A DNA stretch of 64,000 nucleotides, taken from the NCBI RefSeq assembly GCF_000150275.1, contig NW_002060959.1, forward strand, positions 618,371 through 682,370, read 5' to 3'. Shown in pieces: positions 56,242 through 64,000 of this stretch; the stretch's first letter is position 1; each line of letters opens with the position of its first letter. Position numbers and translations under genes: made by a program. The DNA comes from Trichoplax adhaerens. Lineage: Eukaryota > Animalia > Placozoa. The notes under the pieces were generated by a model. That model saw nothing but the letters and a program-made list of their open reading frames with translations, had not been told where the DNA came from and made no database searches.

Positions 56242-59200
56242 ATGGCTTACGCTATTTCAAGGAAAGGTAATTAATAGATATAAATGTATGTAGTGTAACT
56301 TCTTATAATTATTCATAATAATCGTAATATTATAAATTCGAATTAGATCGTAATCTACAGTACATAATCTAGCAACAGTTATAGTGTCCTGGATTAGCTA
56401 TATGGAATCTCAAGTTTAGGCAAAATAATCTTAATGCATTTCTATTTCTCACTTATAAAGAATTCTCACCACGGTAGTCAAATAATATCTGTCGAGCCAT
56501 GTAATATTTCTTTCTTGATTAGAAGTAGTAATAGATCAAATACTAAACTAAATTATAACATGATCTTTGCATGCATTTTTCACTGAAATCTAATTAGCTT
56601 AAAATTTAATCTAGTCAATACAAAATTCACGTGCAAATCTTCTATTAGATGAGACGTACTGAACAATAGAATACGCTACTTATAAATATGCATGATAAAC
56701 ATGTCTTAGGATAACGAGAGTACTATTCACGTTTGTATTGAGCAATATTAATGTATTGTAATATTCTATTTTGCTGTTGATGAATCTGCAAAACTAAGAC
56801 AGCCAAATTTTATCTGTTTAAATAAGATTCACCTTCTGTACACTAAAATAAATTTTGACAAGCCATATTCTCTAGTTATAAAATTGTATCACATTTGACT
56901 GTAATAATTATTTTTAGTAATTTAAGATATTCTCAGGTCAACTAAAATGCAGTCCAGCATACTACATATTTGAAATCATTAAAGTTAATCCTTCTTCGTT
57001 ATACCAACCCATGATGATCTTAATATATTTTGATTCTCAATTTGCTAGATTACCTCATTACTGTGCTACTGATTAAGTTACTAATGCCATCGACGATGGC
57101 CTTAGACCATAATTTGGATTATCAATTCACAAATTCTCAAGGCAAAGATCAGTTGCTCTATGAATTGAACGAAAACGCTCAAAAAAGTCTTCATGCTTTG
57201 AATAATTTGACGAGAACATTTACTCAAATATGCATCCAAAAACATGGAAACTCATATAAAAGTAATCGATCAAATAGAACAACCGCGAAAACAGTCATAT
57301 TTGGAGTTGCTTCTAGCACAAAAGATATGGTAACTCGACTATTTTAATGTTAATTGTCTGGTATTTAAGTCTTTATGTCCCACACTAAATCATTTAGTAT
57401 TATTGATCAAATAGAAATTCAAAGTTTATATCTTATCGATTGCTTAGCGATGTTTTATAGAAGATTAAGTTATGGTTCTGATTTATATCGAAATGTAACT
57501 GTTCTAAGAAAGTGCCTTTAAGGATTAAATTAGTTACAATCCTTTTTACTTATTAGTAAATATACCATAAATAATTAAATTGACTTATAATAAACGCTTT
57601 ATTCTAGACCATGTTAATGATTCTTATCTATAATTGTTTACTATTTTTTGAGTTGATTTATTATAAATATTGAAAAAATGAAACAAATATCAACTAAGTT
57701 TCGGAAATACAGAATAATATTAAAGTTTTTCAAATTTTTAAAATGGTCTTCATACAGTTATTCCATCTTATACTTCCGAAAATTAACTGTAGTAATGCTT
57801 TAGTTGTTTAATTCATGTCAAATCTGTAATTGAATTACTTACATTTATCTTATTATTCCCCTATCATTTCTGAGATAATATTTCTACTCTAGGAGTGTTT
57901 TCAAATTTTTCTATTATTATAACAGGATCCTCCCAAAAATCCATTCAAGGTACATCAATTTTTGAAGTTTGTGTCAAATATTACACATAACGTGGCCGCA
58001 GCTATTGCAAATGGTGGAATAATTGATCAAATTGTACTAAACAAAGCATTTGCTGACGGCAGTGAGATCTCTCATTCCTGCCAATCAAGCCAATTGCTAT
58101 CCGGCTTGCGAACTAACTTTGAGGAACTATTCAATCGTCTAGTAAAATTTGTAAGTCTTTGATAAATAGATTTTCTTATAAGACTATCTTATAAGACTAG
58201 TCACGGTACGAACCACTGTGAAGAGCTAATGACTAAATTTAGTGGTTAACATTTATATATGGAGATAAATAACAATGGCTTACAGTAAGAACTACGGTAG
58301 TTATTATTTTGATACAGTAAATTATACTGTACTGTAATAAGAGTTCTTATACGTTAACTAATGTTAATTGATTATAGTGTTATGTCTTGTAACGCTTGTA
58401 ATGAATATCCTGAAGATATTCAATTATCGATGATACTATAATTAGTTCTGTGTATAAACATACCGTAATCTTATTATCTAGAATCGTTCGGTATTTATCT
58501 AAGATTATAAATAATTATTATACTAATTTAGCTATCCAATATGAACTAAATTGCATAAGATTCGTTTTACGATATCTTTATCACGAAGCGGGTTTGTGAC
58601 AACTATGATGCAATAATCTATCCTAATATTTTATTTATTCTATATCGTAATTTTGGCCACATATCATTTATGAGGCAAGGAAAATGACAGCATCTTATAT
58701 ATATCAATTTATCAAGGTTTTTGACCGTAGAAACTAAACTCTTTTTACGTTCATTTGATACCGTAGATTCACCCTTACCGGTGCCAGAATCAGACAAAAA
58801 TGCACATGCTTCATAATCTCCAGGTATAATTGAAATTTAGCTAGCTATTATGCTATTATATTCAGCTTTTTATTATAAACCAGATGAAATTCACTTTTTG
58901 TTTATTTCTAATTTTAGTTTACAGTAAACGCATTAGATTTCACGATGGGTACTCTTTGTCAGTGTTACACTTTAACAGTTAGCCATGTAGATATTAAGTA
59001 ATTAACATATTTTCATTCCCGTTTTATTTTAACTTACTTTGTTTACCATCAGCTTTAATTTATGTATAACCCTGATTTTGTATCCAATAGCTTCAAAAAA
59101 AAAGCAACTGGAATTGCTTCGTTACATCATCAACTGATTCGGAATACAATGGGAAATACGGTCCCTGCTACTTAGAAATACAACTATCTTCCATTGTATC

Positions 59201-59243
59201 GGCGCTAAATTCCCTATCAGATCGAAATCAGTCATTTCGATAA
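56242..59243 (+). CDS. Paralog 4: intact 5-exon secreted protein, 246 aa, putative four-helix-bundle cytokine-like. Exons 56242-56266, 57049-57329, 57926-58150, 58767-58823, 59091-59243
   Basis: GT-AG introns with phases 1,0,0,0. The 741-nt frame is open: MAYAISRKDYLITVLLIKLLMPSTMALDHNLDYQFTNSQGKDQLLYELNENAQKSLHALNNLTRTFTQICIQKHGNSYKSNRSNRTTAKTVIFGVASSTKDM/DPPKNPFKVHQFLKFVSNITHNVAAAIANGGIIDQIVLNKAFADGSEISHSCQSSQLLSGLRTNFEELFNRLVKF/IHPYRCQNQTKMHMLHNLQ/LQKKSNWNCFVTSSTDSEYNGKYGPCYLEIQLSSIVSALNSLSDRNQSFR*. Closest to paralog 2. Confidence 0.88.
58199..58601 (+). mobile_element. Internally deleted family C LTR in intron 3 of paralog 4
   Basis: Same termini and 5' body as the 26966 and 39810 copies, with an internal segment missing. 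Confidence 0.8.
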
Positions 59244-60857
59244 TATTTCAATTTTTTAATTCTTCACCGCCTTTGTTTTTGCGAGTAATAGATAAAATAC
59301 CCTCTAATGTGCCAGTTATGTGGCTTAGAAAGTGAAAATTAAATTTACCGTTCGGCTCATTCTACTATTAAAGCAATATAACTTAAGTTATCATCATAAA
59401 AATGCATTAATTTTTCATTTTGTCATACCTTATTGTGTGTGTTGATTGATTGAATAGTACGATGATAATAGTTCATTAAGCTAATAAGGACATATTTCTA
59501 AAGATTGAAAGCAATTTTAACACATTTTATGATCTATAAGTAGATTTCTTCCACGGTAGTCTTGTGTCTTTGACTTGATTCGATATCTTCTTACTTCTAA
59601 AGATAACGGTATTTAAAAAATTACTGTTATTATTATAAAAATGCTAAAACAATTCCAGTTTTCTTCGTCAGATTTTCGTTCTTATTGCTTTCAGTTTAAA
59701 ATTGTGAGATTAATGGAAAATTCCTAACTTAGTAGTATTCTATTAAGTTCAACAATTCTGAAATAAGAAGTCCACAAATGTCTACCATAAAATGAAAACA
59801 TTAACTATATGTATGCTACCCAATAAATTCAAAATCAAATTCATGCAAAAATTCAAAGTTTCTCGATTTACTTGACGATTCTTCGCTTATTTCAACAAAA
59901 AATTATTATAAGCTTAATTATTTGCCAATTACTTTACAAAAAAATAATACAAGTATATTGAATTCGTGCAATCAATACGTTTTTATTGAAAAATATTGTT
60001 GCTGGAGTAATTAGGGAATAAATCTCTGAGATCATTCATCGGTTTTAGTCATCTCCTAGGGTTGGTTTAATAATGATTATTACAAGTTGTAGCACGAATC
60101 ATAATATCATTAGTATGCTATTGCGATGATCAAGATTGCCACACAAGGAGATGATGTGAAATAAGGCTACTTTTCCCTTGTTGATTTAGCTATTCTACTA
60201 TTTAACTTGTTGTTAATGAGAATTATGCTCCTAATACTTGTTTTTGAAAAAGTATTATTAGTACAACTATAAAGTTTTTCTTAAAATAATATTTTGATTA
60301 AAGCGTACTATCGCATTTTGACTAGTTATAATAGATTAATCTAATGCCGATCAATTATTCTGTATTTAGAAATTGCCTCTTATGCTGCATATCTATTTCC
60401 ATTAAGTATTCATAAATAAATATTTCTTAGTATAAACATAAGCAAGAACGCGTTGATTCAGTATAATCTATCATTTTAATTACCAAAAACTCCAATACTA
60501 TTAAGAGTCCAATCATATTGAAGATGCTGACGTAGAATTAATGAAATTTCATAGCACTCGTGTATGGGTCTTTCGCTTATGCAACTATATTCAGCAAAAC
60601 CAAGTTAGATTATACGATGTGCGACATAAGACAAATAATGACGAATCATTCATGTCAAAGCAGTTAGTTCATTTTATTACTGAAAATCGCAGTAAAAATT
60701 TCCCTATAGTTATATTTTTGATTTCAAATTGTTTCCTTTTTTTTTATTTTCAGATGTTATTAATTTGAATCATTATACGCATGTACGAAGAAATCTTTAT
60801 CCTGAAAATATTTAAGAACAAAATAAAATATCATCCATGGATAGTTAACGATAATCC

Positions 60858-61412
60858 TGTAACCGACCGATCCGATAAGTGATTTTTATGATGCATCAAT
60901 GTCACTTACAGGAGTAATCCCACTGTCTACTCTCTTCTAATGTGAGTGATCAACTTAACTTACTAGCTACTTAGTCACTCCAACTAGCTACGGAGAGATT
61001 CTGTAAGTAAGACTAACAACTTCCTCACAAGTATAATAAGCGGCTTGTTGTAAGATTAGTTTTATGAGTTTTTACTGCTATTCGTACGACGAAAGTGTAG
61101 TGCCTTGTCGTACACGAGAGAAGTATCAACTGAGCGATAAATTTTCTGCTCGGGCTTATATACAGTCGGCACACGTATAGCTGAAGAAATAATGTAGGGT
61201 GAAAAGTTGATAAAATCACAAATATCATCATGATTTCAAAAAACTATCTTAAATAAACTTATAAAATAAGTATCGGAATAGTATGAAATACAATTATATG
61301 GGTTTTAGACAAATGAGAGGATTGTATGAGTTGAGGTCTTCATAGTGATATAAAATTTCAAATAATCACATCGTATTAGCGATAGTGGTAATACAGTATA
61401 ATAACTTTTACA
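60858..61412 (-). mobile_element. Possible solo LTR
   Basis: TGTAAC...TTACA, minus-strand TATATAAG, locally higher GC, imperfect flanking repeat (AATC). Confidence 0.4.
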
Positions 61413-63519
61413 AAATCGGAAATAAATTAAATAAATACGATTAGTTCACCTATAAACGTCTGGAACTAGTATAAAAAAAAACAGATAAAATAAAGTGTGC
61501 TAAGCTAATAGCTCGCTAACACATTATTGCTCGTATTCGAAAGTATCATAAACAAAAATAAAGAATAATAACAGTAGCTCACACCCGAAACTAAAGCACA
61601 GTACACTATAACGCAAACATCTGTATCTTCTCTAGTGTAATTAATTATATTACAATATCAGGGTAAAATCGTACCATGACAGCCGTTAGTACATTAAACT
61701 GTACCTAGATGATCCACCGGAATATATGTTGCCAATTTTAATGTTGCAGTTGTAGAAATAAGGGTAGTATGTTGTTATGATGATCAAAATTGCAGATGGC
61801 ATGGCTGCAACTATAGATGATTCAATAATTCTTTTAAGATCTCCTAGTAACTATTTTAGGCTAGAGAAGAGGGACGTAGCATATCTTTGTATCACAATCT
61901 AATAAAATTTCGAATTTTCTCCAATTCTTGAGAATTTGTGATCCATTTCATACCTGCGTAGTTACAGCTCTATTTATTACTATGTTCAAGGTTTTTCGCC
62001 GACAGTAACAGTTTAGACTTGAAAATTAATACCTATCCGTTTCATAAGTCACAATCTAATATAACATAAATTGATGAGTTCCGGATTATTTTAGTTGTTA
62101 AGAATTTCACGATTATTTTTTCTATTTCAATTATTTTCCCGTAGTCCTTCTCTAACAGTATGGCATACTAGATTACATCGCAAACAGTTGCTATATATCT
62201 AATACATTCTCGTAATAATTTTACTGGTCATGACTTTCTTTTAACTTCAGTACGGTAATTATCAAGCTATTAGAACGAATATTAAGAGATATGGACTCGT
62301 TCAAACAATACTTTAGAATGGTTTAATAGATCAAAAATACATTATTTTAATTATCAGAAGCTTTTAATCATTGATCTCATTCTTACTGTATCTTTTACTA
62401 TCATTAATCAACGGTACACTGTTCTATCTGGCTATTCTAATCGTTCCTAGTAATTGATAATCAGTTACATAAAACGAAAATTAATGCTATTTGTTAAGTT
62501 ATACGATAAATTGTGCGTTTTAATTGAAAATAAATGTTAATAAAACAAAGGGATCTACAAGAATTAAAACTCCGCCATAATTTAACAAAACACCTCTATA
62601 AATCAATTTAATAATAAGAAGAAATCTTGTATCTTTAATTGTATCTTGATAAAATAGTCGGATTTGCATGATATGCAGTAATAAAGAGAATTGAAATATA
62701 GTAAAGAATAAATACGTACAAATTATTAATATCAAAAATAAATACGCGTATACTGATAATAGTTTCTGCCAAGTTGACAATAACAAGCTACATACTGTAT
62801 GTACATGACCAGTTACATATGATCTTTCTAAGCGAATGAATGCCCTACGTTAGGACGCACCTGTACTTAAGTAAAATTCAATTGTTAAGCTATAAAAATG
62901 ATACTTTACAGTACAAACATTTTAATCTCGATCATAGAAAGCCCTTTAAATTTATTATATTCTATCTATGAATTCCAAGTTACTGCTACGATAATTTTAA
63001 CAAATTTTCAGGGAAAAATTCGTTTTATACTATTTAATCCCCAATTTTCAAATTAGATAAGAATTAGTACTGAATTAAGTTTTTCATACATTAATTAAAT
63101 AAAGGACTAATTTGAACTCGAAAATCATATCCGCACATCAAAATACCATGAAACTTATTTTTTAAAGTTGATTAAGTTAAATTGAGAAATCGATCGGCAA
63201 TGATCACAATTTAAATTAGTACAATTTTACAGTAGATTCTAATGCCAACAAAACAGGACCAATTATATTGTTGGTCCAGCCTACAATTCTTTTATTGTAA
63301 ATGTACCAACAAAAATATAGTAGAGTTAATATAGCAATTTATTATTTGGCAAATACACGATATTGAAATCATGTACTAGTTATTAAATGGTGCACCATTT
63401 ACGTAATTGTAACAGCATGACATTTTACGCTTAATCTTTACGGGTATTCAAATTAGAATACGATATAAGAATTGGGCCAATGCTCAGTCAAGTGATATCG
63501 AAAAGAACTGGTCGAAGAT

Positions 63520-63840
63520 AGATAAATAATCTTGAAAAAAGTCATTTATTTGACTTCGATATCGGCATAATTTATAGTCCACCCCTAAGATCAACACTAA
63601 TCAATTGTCTAGCCGGTATAGCACTCTGAAGTATTTAAATCAAACAACTTCTAGTTACGCAATAATTACCGTTAGTTTCAATTTTGAAGTACGGAGATTT
63701 ACAAAATGAACTCACTCATGTCAGTCACTTCCAGCTACTTTCCTGGCGTTGCGATGACATGGGTCTGTAGCCATGATATTGATGATGTTCAATGCCAATA
63801 TACATCGAAATCTTGCGCTTTAGTTGCTCCGTTTTAATCA
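63520..63840 (+). pseudogene. Possible very decayed intronless relic of the family
   Basis: Frameshifted fragments LT-FDIGII...DQ-LINC, LRNNY and TWVC...QC occur in the order of paralog 3 LTYNIGKII..LDQLTTC, LHHNF and HWIC...IC. Confidence 0.2.
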
Positions 63841-64000
63841 TTTATTCATTTCTTTTCTTTGCTTTGGCTGTCTGCAATACAACAGACAGATCTGACTACT
63901 GTGATCTGAGTATTACATCAATTAGACAGAAATCTTACTTGTCCTTAAAACAGATACTATAATTTATTTCGTTAATAACCAAACGAACTTCAAATATGAA

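Noticed and set aside
1-64000. CRISPR arrays, operons, rRNA/tRNA genes, transposase or reverse transcriptase ORFs
   Set aside because: The sequence is spliced eukaryotic DNA; no repeat-spacer array, structured RNA gene or RT/integrase/transposase motif was seen.

Overview
AT-rich eukaryotic, intron-containing genomic DNA (roughly 30% GC by eye, two N-gaps). It resembles a compact invertebrate genome such as a placozoan, but the organism cannot be established from this window. The ORF track is mostly noise. Hand-splicing reveals a co-oriented (+ strand) cluster of an unrecognised family of secreted ~230-250 aa proteins: a pseudogene at 0.6-2.6 kb, two intact 5-exon genes (17.5-20.6 kb and 56.2-59.2 kb), and a 5-exon gene at 32.1-33.9 kb with a 1-nt frame problem beside an assembly gap. 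All share a signal peptide, an N-[IL]-T sequon, a G-[IL]-[LI]-D-[QK]-[LI] motif, and conserved cysteines; the three non-pseudogene copies also share a 56-57-nt [YH]PxxC exon and intron phases 1-0-0-0. That exon layout and the spacing of four amphipathic helices match long-chain class-I helical cytokines (GH/PRL/EPO/IL-6/G-CSF type). This is the main candidate novel system and is inference, not a database match. Up to three decayed, apparently intronless relics of the family and a decayed minus-strand gene may also be present. Intergenic and intronic DNA is rich in 0.4-0.65 kb TG...CA solo-LTR-like elements with 5-bp TSDs from several families, three of them nested inside other LTRs, plus a ~1-1.3 kb non-coding repeat ending in a polypurine tract and several tandem duplications.
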